DNA of 64,000 bases from Sphyrna mokarran (lineage: Eukaryota), in the NCBI GenBank assembly GCA_024679065.1, contig JAGIQG010000043.1, positions 1,984,001 through 2,048,000 on the forward strand, given 5' to 3'. The stretch's first letter is position 1; every line of letters starts with the position of its first letter. Of this stretch, positions 49,173-61,837 are shown piece after piece. The translations under genes were made by a program, and so were the position numbers. The notes beneath the pieces are model-generated. The model was given only the letters and a program-made list of their open reading frames with translations. It had not been told where the DNA came from and made no database searches.

Positions 49173-52100
49173 CTGTGACTATATACCTCTCTATGTGTTT
49201 GTATGTGTAGATATATCTCTGAGCATTTGTGTGTTTGATTTCATCTGATTTATTATTGTCTCATGTATCAGTACGCATTTATAAGTATTGTTTCGTGTGC
49301 ACTACACAACAAAGCATACAGTGCACAGAGGACATCGGGGGGAAGGAAATGAGAGGGTACAGAATGCCGTGTTACAGTCATAGCTAGGGTATAAAGAAAG
49401 ATCGGGTTAATATAGGGTTCAAAATTCTGATGGCAGCCCGGAAGAAGCCGTTCTTGAGTCGGTAGGTATGTGGTCTCCACATTGATATATGTGTATAGTT
49501 ATATATATATATATATATATGAATTTGCTTGTATCAGACTATGTAAATCGATATACAGCTGGGCCTGTGTTCACGCGTGTTATATCTGACTGTGTGTGTC
49601 TATGTGTGTGTATAGGTAAATGTGTGTGTGTGAGTGTGTGTGTGTATGTGAAAAGATAAATATCTGAGCACGTGTATGTCTGTATGTAAGTGTAGGTACA
49701 TACCTGACCCTTTGTATGTCTAAATGTGGGTACAGAAAAATATAGATATCTGTGTTCACACGTGTGTTATATCTGACTGTGTGTGTGCATTCAAATATTA
49801 AAGTATCTGAGACTGCATTAGAATGGTAACAGCCCACAACGGGCAGCACAGTTAGCACGGCAGCTTGACAGCTCTAGGGACCTGGGTTCAATTCCCGACT
49901 TGGGACTCATTCCCCTCGTGTCTACGTGGGTTTCCTCTGGGTGTTCCAATTTCCTCCCACAGTCCAAATTTGTCCGGGTTCAGTTGCTTGGCCAGGCTAA
50001 AAACCGCGTTTGTGTCCTGAGATGTGTAGGTTAGAAGGAGTAGAGTGCAAACATGTAGGGATATGGGGGTAGGGCCTGGGTGGGATTGTGGTCAGTGCAC
50101 ACTGGATGGGCCGAATGGCCTCTTTCTGTACTGTAGGGTTTCTATACTTCTTGTTTGATAGATACTCTCCCGTTTCACTTTATAATTCTGAGAAAATGTA
50201 CGGATCTTTGAACAATGCACCCAGATAGATCCCTTTCAGCCTATTATATCTCGACTCCCTCTTCGAAAAAGCTATCCCGTCCGCCCAACATCTTCCTGCC
50301 AAGCCTTTTCAAGTTTTCTCCTTGTTGTCAAGATGTGATTCCTGGATTTTTTTTTTGTTTGCTCCCACCTTCCTTTTCGAAAAGTGAATTTAGAAATGGA
50401 GGAGAGATCAGTTCTACACTGCAGGCACTTTTGCAAACAGACAATAGACAAGAGATGAAATTGACATGTTTGGCCGGAAGGTTGGTGAATGAATTGACTT
50501 CATTTTGCTTCCTGTTCATCAATTTACAACGGCCTACTCACACATACAGATAATTTGAAAGTAAATTTAACATCCTGATATCAGTAACTTAATATATCAT
50601 TAATCAACCAGAGCATAATAGAATCCTACAGTGCAGACGGAGGCCATTCGGCCTATCGAGTCTACAGCGATAGCAATCCTACCCAGCCGAACCCCATAAC
50701 CCCATCAGTTTATACTAGCTAGTTCCTCTGAAACTAAGGAACAATTTAGCATGGCCAATCCACCGAACCCACACATCTTTGGACTGTGGGAGGAAACCAG
50801 ACTACCTGGAAGAAACCCACGCAGAGAAAGTGAAAACTACACACTGAAAATGATCGGAGCCGGGAATTGAACCCAGACCAGTTGTCAGGTCGTAATGCTA
50901 ACCCTTTGTGTCACCATGCCGTCTCATGATCGTATGGAAGTAGACTCGATGGGCTGAATGGACTATATCCGTTCCAATGCTTTTTCGTTGTAGGAATTAA
51001 GAGCAAATTTTGAACTTGGATTGTTGGAAACGATTCCAAACTGTCAATCACACGGTAAATGATTTCCTGGCCCTGAATCTACACGAATCATACAAACCTG
51101 CAGTAAAGAAGGAGACACTTGGATCATCAAATCTTCACCGACTTGCCATCAGAGCATTTACCGAGTTCCCTATCCCTGTAACCTCTCCTATTAATCCCAC
51201 ATCTTGGACACTAAAGGACACTAAGTTTAGCATGACAAATCCAGGGAATGGCAAATTGTGTACAACGAAGGGCCACTTTAGCATGGCCATTCCAACCAAA
51301 CCGAACATTGCTGAACACTAAGGGGTAATTTAGTACGGCCAATTCAACTATCCTGTCAACAGATTTTGAGAAGACTTACTTTATATTAAATTGACCTTTC
51401 TCGAGATGGACATCTCGAGATGTCCAACTAACAACTTTGGAACCAGAGTACCTGGAGGAAAGACAAGGACAGAGCGGGGCAAGTGTTACCTCCACACTAG
51501 CAGGCACCCAAGGCGGGAATTGAACGTGGCGCCCTGGCGCTGTTTGGCGGTAGGGCTAAGTGCTGTGCCACAGTGCTGCCACCTGTAAATCATTGAAGAT
51601 GGCCGATGGTTAGGAAAGCATAGAAGGTTCAGAGCTTTTGAAATTGAGTCACAGAATCGAAAAAGAGTGAAGCAAATTCCTGCTCCATCGGCCAGCACAA
51701 TCGAAGTCCCCACTTACCCCAGACATTTTGTTTCCCGCATCTCTCCATGGAGAAACGTACACAAACCTGAAATCCCTTGCCAACTGAATCAAGAACAGCT
51801 TTTCTCTTGCTGCCGTCAGGCTTTTGAATGGATATAGCTTTTGTTAAAGCAGAAACTGCTGGAAAAACTCTGCAGGTCTGACATTAACTGTGGGGACAGA
51901 AAACAGCCCATGTTTTGAGTCTAGATGGCCCTTCTCCAGAGCTCTGACACAGGGTCATTTAGACTCCAAATATTGGCCCTTTTCTCTTCCCATAAGTGCT
52001 GTCAGCCTTGCTGAGATTTTTCATTTTTTTCTGTATTATTTTTCCAATTCCAATATCGGCAATATTTTGCTTTTATATTAAGCTGTTTTTTCTCGACACC

Positions 52101-55100
52101 CAAAATATGACTGCACCAATATGTCCTCCATCCCCTTCTATCCCTCTCCATTATGAACTCTATTGGCGATCTGTTTCGTCTGTGTAGCGTGCAAAAAACA
52201 TATTTTTTTTCACTGCACCCCAATACACGTGTCAATAATAAATATAGATATGATAGTGATTTTTAAAGGGCGTATTGAGAAATCCATGAATAGGATGGTA
52301 ACAGAAGGATATGGTCCACGGAAGTGTAAGGGATTTACGTTCAGTTGATCTGCATGGTTCGATGCACGTTTAGAGAGCCGAAGAGTCAATCTCTACTCTA
52401 TAATATTATTTGCCCTTTGTTCTTAATAAATCAAACCAGATCAAATCAAATCTATATGTATCTATGAACAATACATGTAACACACAAGAAACAATGCTTT
52501 TCACAATACCAATGACTGTGACAATGATAATACATCAAATTAATAGCAAAACTTCGCAAAATTCTGCTTCCGTCTTAACGGTGTTCAGTTAATGGCGCTG
52601 CAATTTAAGAGAAATAAGAAGCGATTGCAGAAACAAGAATTACCAGGATGGTCATAAATATAGAACATAGAACATTACAGCGCAGTATAGGCCCTTCGGC
52701 CCTCGATGTTGCGCCGGCCAGTGGACCCTCTTACCTAAACTATTCCAATATCATCCATATGCCTATCCACCGAACATTTGAGTGCCCCCAAAGTAGGCGA
52801 GTCCACAACTGCTGCAGGCAGGGCATTCCACGCTCTCAGCACCCTCTGTCTAAAGAACCTGCCTCTGACATCCGTCCTATAACTACCACCTCTTAATTTA
52901 AAGTTATGTCCCCTCGTGTTGGTCATCACCATCCGAGGAAAAAGGCTCTCACTATCCACCCTATCCAATCCCTTGATCATCTTATACGCCTCAATTAGGT
53001 CACCGCGTAACCTTCTTCTCTCTAATGAAAATAACCTCAGGTCCCTCAGCCTTTCCTCATAAGGCCTTCCCACCATACCAGGCAACATCCTGGTAAACCT
53101 CCTCTGCACCCTTTCCAATGCTTCCACATCTTTCTTATAATGCGGCGACCAGAACTGTACGCAATACTCCAAGTGCAGCCGCACCAGAGTTTTGTACAGT
53201 TGTAACATAACCTCACGGCTCCTAAATTCAATCCCTCTAACAATAAAAGCTAACACACCGTACGCCTTCTTAACAACTTTATCAACCTGGGTGCCAACTT
53301 TCAAAGAGCTATGTACTTGTACCCCAAGATCCCTCTGCTCGACAACGCTATTAAGGGTCCTTCCATTAGCCCTATATTTCATATGCCTGTTATTCCTACC
53401 AAAGTGAGTCACCTCACACTTATCCGTATTAAATTCTATTTGCCACTTCACGGCCCAGCTCTGCAACCTCTGCAAACTGTAGCATCCATCCTCGCTGTCT
53501 ACAACTCCCCCCACTTTGGTATTGACAGCAAATTTACTAATCCAACCCTCTACACCCTCATCTAGGTCATTTATAAAAATGACAAACGGCAGTGGCCCTA
53601 AAACAGATCCTTGAGGTACACCACTTGTAACTGCACTCCAGGTTGAATATTTCCCATCAACCACCACCCTCTGTCTTCTATCAGCTAGCCAATTCCTAAT
53701 CCAAACTACTAAATCACCTTCAAAAATATGAGGAACTTCAGTTAACTGGATAGCTTTGACAAATTGTTTAGCTAGCACAATGTTGAGAGGAGATGTGAGG
53801 AGGGAGTTGAGAATCCTGAAATGATTGGACAGAGCAGAGAGGAAAACTGATTCACATAGGCAGGGAGAGCTAAGAACAAGAGGGAGATATTATAAATAGA
53901 TTGGCAAAAGAAACACTAGCGGCACCAGTGGCAGTTAACTGTCAGTCACGATCAACTTGGTCTGATTTCATTTATTATTCTCACATGCATTGGGATACAG
54001 TGTAAAGTACCTTTCCTTGCGTTCTATACAGACAAAGTATACCTTCATTGAGTACATTAATTTTGTTTATTATTGTCACATGTATTGGGATGCAGTGAAA
54101 AATATTGTTTCTTGCGTGCTATACAGACAAGGCATACCGTTCATAGAGTACATAGATTTGATTTGTTATTGCCATATGTAATGGGATACAGTTAAAAATA
54201 TTGCTTCTTGCGCATTCTACAGATAAAGCATACCGTTCATAGAGTACATAAATCTGATTTATTGTTGTCACATGTATTGGGATACAGTGAAAGGTATTAC
54301 TTCTTCCGCACTTTACAGAAATAGCATACTGTTCAGAGTACATAGATTTAATTTGATTAATTATTGTCACATGTATTGGGCTATAGTTAAAATTATTGTA
54401 TCTTATTGACCATGTAGACAAAGCGTTTCGAGTAGTTGGGGAGAAGGAAAGGAAAATAGGCAGAATCTGCTTTGCAGTCACTCATAATTTTTCGAGAAAG
54501 GTCAACTTAATATAAAGTATGTCTATTCAAAGTCTGATGGCGAAAGGGAAGAAGCTGTTCTTGCTCAAACTTTTGCATCTTTTCCCCGGTGGAAGAATAT
54601 GGAAGAGAGAATATCCGGGGTGCATGAAGCCTTGATTATGCTGGCTGTTTTTCAGAGGCAGCAGAAAGATTGCTCAGAGTTAATGGTTGGAAGATTAGTT
54701 TACATGATGGATTGGACTTCGTTCACGACATTTTGTGGTTTTCTTGGGGTCTTGGAGTAGAAGTTGTGATATGCCATGCTGCATCTGTGTAAATTGATGA
54801 GAGTTGGAGCAGAATTTCTTTACGCCGCTGAGAAAGTGGATATTTTAGTGGGTTTTCTTGATGGTAGCATCTGCGTGGATGGAGCAGTGCAGGTTATTGG
54901 TGATCAGAACGCCCAGAAAGGTAGGTATGAATATGATCGGCGCAACTTGTGGGCCGAAGGGCCTGTTTGTGCTATTTGTGCTATGTTCTAAAATGGCGTT
55001 TTGGAATCTAGAACGAGAATCTGAAAAAAGATGGCGTGCATGGATTCAATAAGCACTTCCAAAAGTAGAATTGAACAAACACATTGGTTTCAGGACTACT

Positions 55101-58100
55101 GGTGAAACAAAGAGTTGAAGTTGGGACAATTAAAAAGACCAAATTGGAAGGATGGGCTGAAGATATTCTTTCTGGACATTATCGTCCTATGATTCTGTTC
55201 ACAAATAAGATTTTTCTACGATGTTTTCTACATGTCTACGGAAATGTGTGTTGGCCGTGGAAACCGTCCAGAGGAGGTTCACAAGAACGATCCCTGACAT
55301 GAAGCGCTTGTATATGAGGAGTGATTGAGGACTCTGTGTCTGTTCTCCTTGCAGTCTAGACGGATGAGGCGGGGAGGTGGGGGTGGAATCTTATTAAAAT
55401 TGACAGGATACTGCGAAGTCTGGATAGAGTGGACGTGGAAAGGATGTTACCACTATAGGAAAAACTAGAACCAGAGGGCATAACTTCAGTCCAAAGGGAC
55501 GATCCTTTAAAACAGAGATGAGGACGATTTTTTTTTTTTTTTAGTCAGCAAGTGCTGAATCCGTGGAACTTGTTGGCGCAGAATGTGGGGGTAGGTCATT
55601 GAATGTTTCTAAGACAGAGTTGGATCAGTTCTTGATGAGTAAGAGGATCATGGGTTGTGTAGAAAAGGCAGGAAAATGGAAATGAGGGACATATCAGCCA
55701 TGATCGAATGGCGGGGCAGATTAGCCAAAGGCCGAATTCTGATCCTGCATCTTATGGTCTTATGCATTGTGCATACTGATACACTGTGAATGTTGGAAAA
55801 CTCTGACACTGTTGTTAATTAGATTGTCTCCACTAGCAAATATTGTGTAATCATTTCTATTCTGCGTATTCATTCTCCACTCTCCATTCCACTAATTGTG
55901 TTTTATTTCCCACATTCATTTATCTCTATAGAATGGTGCAGACAGACGGTTTTTGTTGGAATTCCTATCCTGGTCCTACTGATTCTACTATTGGTTCTTC
56001 TTTCCATTTGGAGTTGTAAAAATCGCAGATCAGGTGAGGATTAATGATTATCTGGGAGACTTTAATATCTCTTTCTCCAATACGATTTACTCTTTGGAGT
56101 TTTTAATTAGCTAATTTTACGTTCTTTTATTTTAGAAGACAGACGCAAAGGAACCCAAGGATCCCAGGATGAAACGTGAGTAGAACCATGTGCAAAGTTC
56201 ACCATCGCCCATTTTCTCTGAATTACATTTTGTCAAACCTGTTTCCATTAGCAAACTGATTCCAGCGACGTGAGTCTCTATTTTCCAAGATTTCTGTAAG
56301 ATCCCGAGAGAATCCTGCTTTCAATAGCGCCTGAGGTAGAACATCTAAGATCTAACATTTGTTTTTGGTTTCTTTTTCCTCATCCTATTTTAGCTTGAAT
56401 GAGAGAAAGCAACGACAGGGACGTAAAGAGCGACAAACGAGTAAGTTTCCTTGAAATGTTGGTGGAAAAGAAGTGTCAGATTGAAAGAATTAAAGTGGAA
56501 GTTGATTGATATTGGCGTTCCTGTGGAAAATGCACAGACAGTTAACTGCCAAAACATGTTTGAAAGAAAATTTAAATGACTGCACTACTTGAAATTTGCA
56601 AGAAAAAAGAAACATATCAACGAGGCTTTTGGCCTTGTATCTCCGCAAAAAACCCCACAAGAATAGCAGATATACAGAGAACAATTGTGCATTCTTCCTG
56701 ATAAGACTATTGCCCTGTTAGCAAAAGGAATCTAATGGGTTTTAGTCCTTGTATGGAAAATGCTGAGTTAACTCATGATTGTCAGTTACCTGCATGCATT
56801 TGCTAACATTGAAACAGGAAGGCAGTGTACGCCAAACGGCCTTTCGGACCTGCTCTGGCTAACCATCAAATTCAATTTCCCAATTTCCCCCTTGCCCCTA
56901 TATCTTCTGATCCCTTCAGCCTTATGAGCTATATCTAATTACTTCTTGAAATTGCACAACTTTACGTCCTCAACTAATTTATGTGACAGTTAATTCCACA
57001 TATTCATTTCACCTCATTTCCAAAACGCTTCCCACGTGCCACGATCTATCACCCCTTGATTTGGACTCCTTCTACATCTGAAATTTCTTTCTCAGTCTAC
57101 CCTGTCGAATCCTGTAAAACTTTTATGAGCTTCTATGAGATCCTATCTCTCTCTTCTAAACTCCAGTGAATATAACATTAACTGCCTTAGTCTCTCCTCA
57201 GATAACAGCCCTGCCATCCCAGGAATCCTCTGTTTTCTCTCTACAACGGGGATCTCGTACCTCAGATAAGGATATCAAAACTGCCCACAATACTCCTCAC
57301 GAACGCCCTATACAATTCCAGTAAAAATATTCCATTCCTATATTCAAATCCTTCCGCTATGAAAACTAACATACCATGTTTTTGTATTTATTGCACGTTG
57401 AAAAAAAAAAAAAAAGGTCGGTTGACTGATTGGTCAAGGCATTGGCCCGAAGGATGAACCAGAGAATGGCTCCCCTTCTTTGTTTCATTAAATGCGCCTC
57501 AATGTATCTTCCTTATGCCCACATTATATGCTAATGACCGTCAGCAAGATCAACAATCACTCGTGTACCTGTTGGTTTCAATAAAGGGAAAATTGTTGAT
57601 ATTAATACAGGTAGTGATATATCACCTGGGCAATAAGTGGCAAGTGCTGGTGTGAGGTTTTCCCCATCCAAGCATTTGCCACACAACATAGACAATACAA
57701 ATAAGAGCAGGAGGAGGTCATCCTGTTGTTTGATTCTGCTGTGCTATTCATTATAGTCATGGATGATCGACCAACTGAATAGCTTCATAGCGCCTTCCTC
57801 CCAGATCCTTTGATCCCCTTCGCCTCCAGAACTAGATCTCACTGCCTTTGAAGTGTAGTATAAGATCTGTCGAAATTTAATTGGATTTGTGTTAATGATT
57901 GCGGTGGCACAGAGGTTCACACTGCTGCCTCACAACGTGAAAGATCCATATTTAATTCCCGGATTGGGTCACTACCTGTGCAGAGTCTGTCTGCACGTTC
58001 TTCTTGTGCCTGCGTGGGTTCCCTCCGGATGCTCCAGTTTCCTCCACAGTCCGAAAAATGGGTTGGCTCAGTGCATTTGTGATGCTAATTCTCCCTCAGT

Positions 58101-58522
58101 GCCGGTGAACAGGAAGCCGGAGTGTGACGATTTTCACAGTAATCTCATTGCAGTGTTAATGTGAGCCCACATGTAACACTATTAAATAAAATTTAACCTG
58201 CTGCATTATCGGTAGCCATGGGCACACCGTGGCTTGATGTAATTATAGATCATATAGATTGGGTGATATTTCAATTCATAATTGTGAAATTTACACACAG
58301 GGAATCGTCATCAAACAGAGGCAAACTTAACAGCGCAGCATGGAATTCAGGTGAGTGCATTGAACCCCTTGTGATGCATTAGAATTAACTTTGGGGGGAA
58401 AAAAAACATTATTTTAACCGTCTCGATTATGACTGTTGAATATATTTCAGGATGGACCTCTCTACGCCTCCCTGGATTTGGCTGCATTGGAAAAAAGATC
58501 AAGGAAGAAGAACATGAAATGA
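47483..58522 (+). CDS. Intact 8-exon V-C1-TM-cytoplasmic Ig-superfamily receptor, inhibitory type, 341 aa. Exons: 47483-47552, 48139-48465, 48557-48874, 55932-56033, 56136-56175, 56394-56440, 58301-58350, 58451-58522
   Basis: All introns are GT-AG with matching phases (1,1,1,1,2,1,0). Exon lengths 70+327+318+102+40+47+50+72 = 1026 nt form one open frame ending in TGA at 58520-58522. Domains: signal peptide, V-set, C1-set, hydrophobic TM, and a charged tail ending DGPLYASLDLAALEKRSRKKNMK. Confidence 0.85.
47680..47925 (-). mobile_element. V-SINE in intron 1 of the + strand gene
   Basis: V core and tRNA-like head. Confidence 0.75.
48139..48465 (+). CDS. V-set Ig exon including the G strand (degenerate J-like LQNGPTLLVG)
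   Basis: Acceptor TTACAG; motifs VNLSC, FWYKQ, LEIRNVQANDLGSYYC; donor GGAG|GTAAGG; 327 nt, phase 1-1. Confidence 0.92.
48557..48874 (+). CDS. C1-set Ig constant exon
   Basis: Acceptor TTCCAG; motifs VQIFAPP, VPLVCLVSG, VFWNISG, THSIRSHVMV, TWNRGAVCTCVV; donor ACAG|GTAAGT; 318 nt. Confidence 0.92.
49025..49790. repeat. (TG)n and (TA)n microsatellite-rich intronic region
   Basis: Seen directly in the sequence. Confidence 0.9.
49840..51580. mobile_element. V-SINEs (+ 49840-50150, - 50620-50920, - 51080-51580)
   Basis: V core and 52-bp units. Confidence 0.7.
52660..53720 (-). mobile_element. 5'-truncated CR1 (RT C-terminal half)
   Basis: ORF 52735-53778 with GVPQGSVLGP; tail AGAACATAGAAC. 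Confidence 0.92.
55300..55765 (+). mobile_element. Degenerate CR1 3' fragment
   Basis: Eroded 3' motifs and CTTATGGTCTTATG tail. Confidence 0.7.
55932..56033 (+). CDS. Transmembrane exon EWCRQTVFVGIPILVLLILLLVLLSIWSCKNRRS
   Basis: Acceptor CTCTATAG and donor TCAG|GTGAGG; uncharged hydrophobic stretch followed by basic KNRR; phase 1-1. Confidence 0.88.
56136..56440 (+). CDS. Two small cytoplasmic exons: 56136-56175 (EDRRKGTQGSQDET) and 56394-56440 (LNERKQRQGRKERQT)
   Basis: Polypyrimidine-TTTAG acceptors; consensus donors GTGAGT and GTAAGT; the only open frame of the second exon matches the phase left by the first. Confidence 0.75.
56830..57380 (-). mobile_element. Degenerate CR1 3' fragment
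   Basis: Eroded ORF2 C-terminal motifs. Confidence 0.65.
57900..58195 (+). mobile_element. V-SINE
   Basis: tRNA-like head, V core, A-rich tail; another copy on the minus strand at about 59200-59450. Confidence 0.75.
58301..58522 (+). CDS. Last two cytoplasmic exons: 58301-58350 (RNRHQTEANLTAQHGIQ) and 58451-58522 (DGPLYASLDLAALEKRSRKKNMK-stop)
   Basis: ACACAG acceptor and CAG|GTGAGT donor convert phase 1 to phase 0; 100-nt intron; TTTCAG acceptor; YxxL motif in frame. Confidence 0.78.
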
Positions 58523-58809
58523 GAATTGGAGTGACTTGTCTGTGATGTATCTCGCAGGAGACTGGAATTACTAACATATGCTAACTCGGGAGCAAATATA
58601 TTCCTTTCAAACAGCTAAGCTCTCATCGCATATTGGCCACAGATTAGAAAGACTGACTCATTTTGTCAAATGTTTAACGAGCTTTCTTCAGCATTGTGAA
58701 AAACATTCTACTATATGTCACACCAGGGACTTCCCTGTCTTTGTTTCTGAACATTCTCTAATTCCGGTTAGTGATGCGATTGTTAACTGTTTCGAAATTT
58801 CATTATGTA

Positions 58810-58815
58810 AATAAA
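58810..58815 (+). promoter_or_regulatory. Candidate polyadenylation signal of the + strand gene
   Basis: AATAAA about 290 nt after the stop codon. Confidence 0.45.
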
Positions 58816-59539
58816 ATAAGTTATTCACCGATTATAATAATGCATCAGCCGTTTCTATTGACCAATAACCACGTTATAATTAAACATAATCTGCATGAAA
58901 CTGGAATCCCTTTTTATTTTCAGATTGCAATCCGATGAGATTCCATGGCTGGTGCGTTTCGCCGTCTTGGCAGTAGGGGGCGACTTTCTGCCCTCGTCAG
59001 TGACCAGAAGCGAATCACGCTGCCCCAGTGAAAGGTGGAATGTCTGGATTCCTGATGGGCGTGAGGGTTCTCGGGATTCATCAGAATTGCCTCTCCTGCC
59101 CATATTGGGTTCTGAACCAAAGCATGCGACGACACAATAATGATGCAAACACTTTGACTGAAATCGTATTTATTTATTGAGGTTTATTCATAATTTTCAT
59201 CATAAGCAGGTTTACATTAATACCGCAATAAAGTTACTGCGAAAATCCCTAATTGCCACACTGTTTGGGCACATTGAGGGAGCCGTTTGCATGGCCAATG
59301 CACATAACCAGCATGCCTTTCGTACTGTGGGAGGAAACCCGAGATCCCGGAAGTAACCCATAGACGGGGAGAACTTGCGAACTCCCCACAGGCAGTGACA
59401 CACACCGAGAATCAACCTCGACCCCAGATCCAGTGGCTAAGTGATATTCGCTGTCAGATGTCATTCTAATGTAATTTGGTGTCACTCTTGGCAAGTGAGG
59501 GCCTGACTGCAAGTCATCCGAGGGAGAGCTAGGAGATAG

Positions 59540-60075
59540 AACATAGAACATAGAACAATACAGCACAAACAGGCCCTTCGGCCCACAAGTTGCACCGATC
59601 ACATCTACCAATCCATAGACCTATCTGTAACCCCCTATCCCATTCGTTTCCATAAAGTTTTTTTAAAAGACCCCAGCGAGTTTGACTCAACAACCTCCGA
59701 AGGCAGCCGATTCCATTCACTCACCACCCTCTGAGTGAAAAACTTCTGCCTAACATCCCCTCTATATTTGCTTCCCTAATCCTCTCGTAGTGACCATTTG
59801 AGCTCGGGGAAATAGTCTCTGAGAGTCCACCTTATATATTCCTCTCAACATTTTACAAACCTCTATAAGGTCGCCTCTCAACCTCCGTCTCTCCAGTGAG
59901 AAGAGTCCCAGCTCCCTCAACCTATCTTCATAAGGCCTGCCTCCCAATGCAGGCAGCATCCTTGTAAATCTCCTTGAACCCTCTCAATAGCCTCTACGTC
60001 CTTCCTATAGTGAGGCGACCAGAACTGCACACAATACTCCAAGTGGGGCCTGACAAGGGTCTTATAGAGCGGCAT
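59540..60075 (-). mobile_element. CR1 3' fragment
   Basis: [18 protein letters not shown] plus tail. Confidence 0.88.
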
Positions 60076-61837
60076 GAGTGTTAATTTTCAAACCTTGCTT
60101 GAGGGGTGAACCTGACTCAATGGAGCCAACTGGCGTTGAACTTGGAATGAAGGGGATGACATTATGGGTTTCCCTGTCATTGAGAAGCCTTCCTTTACTA
60201 CTCCTATAGCTTATTTGAAGTGTTGCAGTGAACCTAATCCACATCATTTGCCCTATATTAAAAGTGCAGGCTTCTCTCTGTGTCTAATATGAACTCTGAC
60301 TTTCTGACACCGTGGAAACCAATACATCTGGATTGCTGTAAACTTAGGTCTGTTAACCTCTCACAGTATGGCATAATTCTGTCCTCATGCTGACACTGGT
60401 AACTCAGTCCAAGCCTATCCCAAATATGCTCACACACAGCGAATGTCGCTGACCTAGGACCCCCTCTCCCTTTGGACCATATGTCAGTGTTGGAAGTTAG
60501 CACAGCTCACAGCAATCAGTGCAGCCCAGCTTCTACCAAAAGTTCACATGCTCTTCTATAAGGAACCTTCACTCTTCATCATTTCCACCACGTCCAGTTA
60601 ATTCTGGAGGGGCGGGGGGAGGGGGTGCGATAGTCCAGGAGTATTATTGCTATGCTATTAACAATCTGTTTTCATGTTCTGGGAATCTGGGTCCAAATCC
60701 CACCATGGCCGACAGTGGAATTTGAATTCAATAAGACATGTCTGGAATTGATTCACTGATGATCATTAAACGATTTTCAGGAAGAACTCATCGGGTTCAT
60801 TCATGTGTATTAGGAAAGAAAATCTGCCGTCCTTACCTGATTTGACCTGCATGTGACTCCAGAGCCAGAACAATGTTCTGAACTCTCAATTGCTCTCAGT
60901 AGTTAGGGGTGAGAAATAAATGCATGACACCACTGTAAAAGAAATTATCACGGACCCAGGATCTTTCTATCTTGTTCTGGTTCAGGCTTTATGTGAACAT
61001 CTGAATCACAAGCTTTCCATCTTTAATTTAGTGAGGATAAGAGGAGGTGCTTCACTTCAGGTATAACCCAAGTGACCCACGAGGGAGCTTTTGCCAAACA
61101 AAATCTATTTAAGAATAATGTTAACATGTATAGTAAGAAAAATAACAAGCACTTTTAGCAATTACAAACAAAAATAATACAACCACAATAATGAATAACA
61201 CTTAGAGAATATGTATCAGATGTTCCAATCGAGAATAATGTCCAATAAGCAAAACACAATAAATAGATTTATCCCTGCACAGGCTAAAGACTACTTGATT
61301 GCTTGCTCCCTTGGTTGAATGCTGATTTCAAATGATCTTGAAAACTCTGAGCAGCTTGTGGTCATCAACTCCCCGAAACCAAGATTTCTTACCGTAGGAT
61401 GGCAAACAAGATGTGCCTTCAGCTAACTTGCAAAACTTTCAAAATAAAACAGAGATTTCATTCAGCGTTGCTTCTAACACAGCAGCAAAAACAAGTTTAA
61501 AAAAAACCTTGTCAACTGACCAACACACAGGTATTTGTTGTCCTCCCACCAATAATATCACCTAATGCTGCAAACTGAGAAATACTGACTGTGAGAGCAG
61601 CAGAGATGTTGATTTTAAAAAATACTCTTAAATGGATAATGTCACAGCTATCAAACTTTACCTGTGTGTTGGATGCTTGTAACAACTTCTGGAACTCTCT
61701 TCATTCGCACTACCACACCAGATCAGGGAGAGGAATGGGAAGGATGAGTTCATGCAAGGCTCCCCAACAGCAGCTGGAAGAAATGCTTCCAGGTAATCCA
61801 CATCAGAACCAACCCGGGCACACAGGGGAAGCTGCAT

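Noticed and set aside
58523-58600. Second tyrosine motif (LLTYANS) in frame beyond the stop codon
   Set aside because: Two in-frame stops precede it and there is no hydrophobic Y+3 residue; probably chance.
58924-59140. Strong acceptor followed by a GC-richer ORF
   Set aside because: Lies downstream of the stop and polyA signal with no recognisable domain; at most an alternative UTR exon.
60930-61830. Possible solo LTR (also about 9940-10285)
   Set aside because: Termini and target-site duplications could not be defined by eye; needs a repeat-library search.
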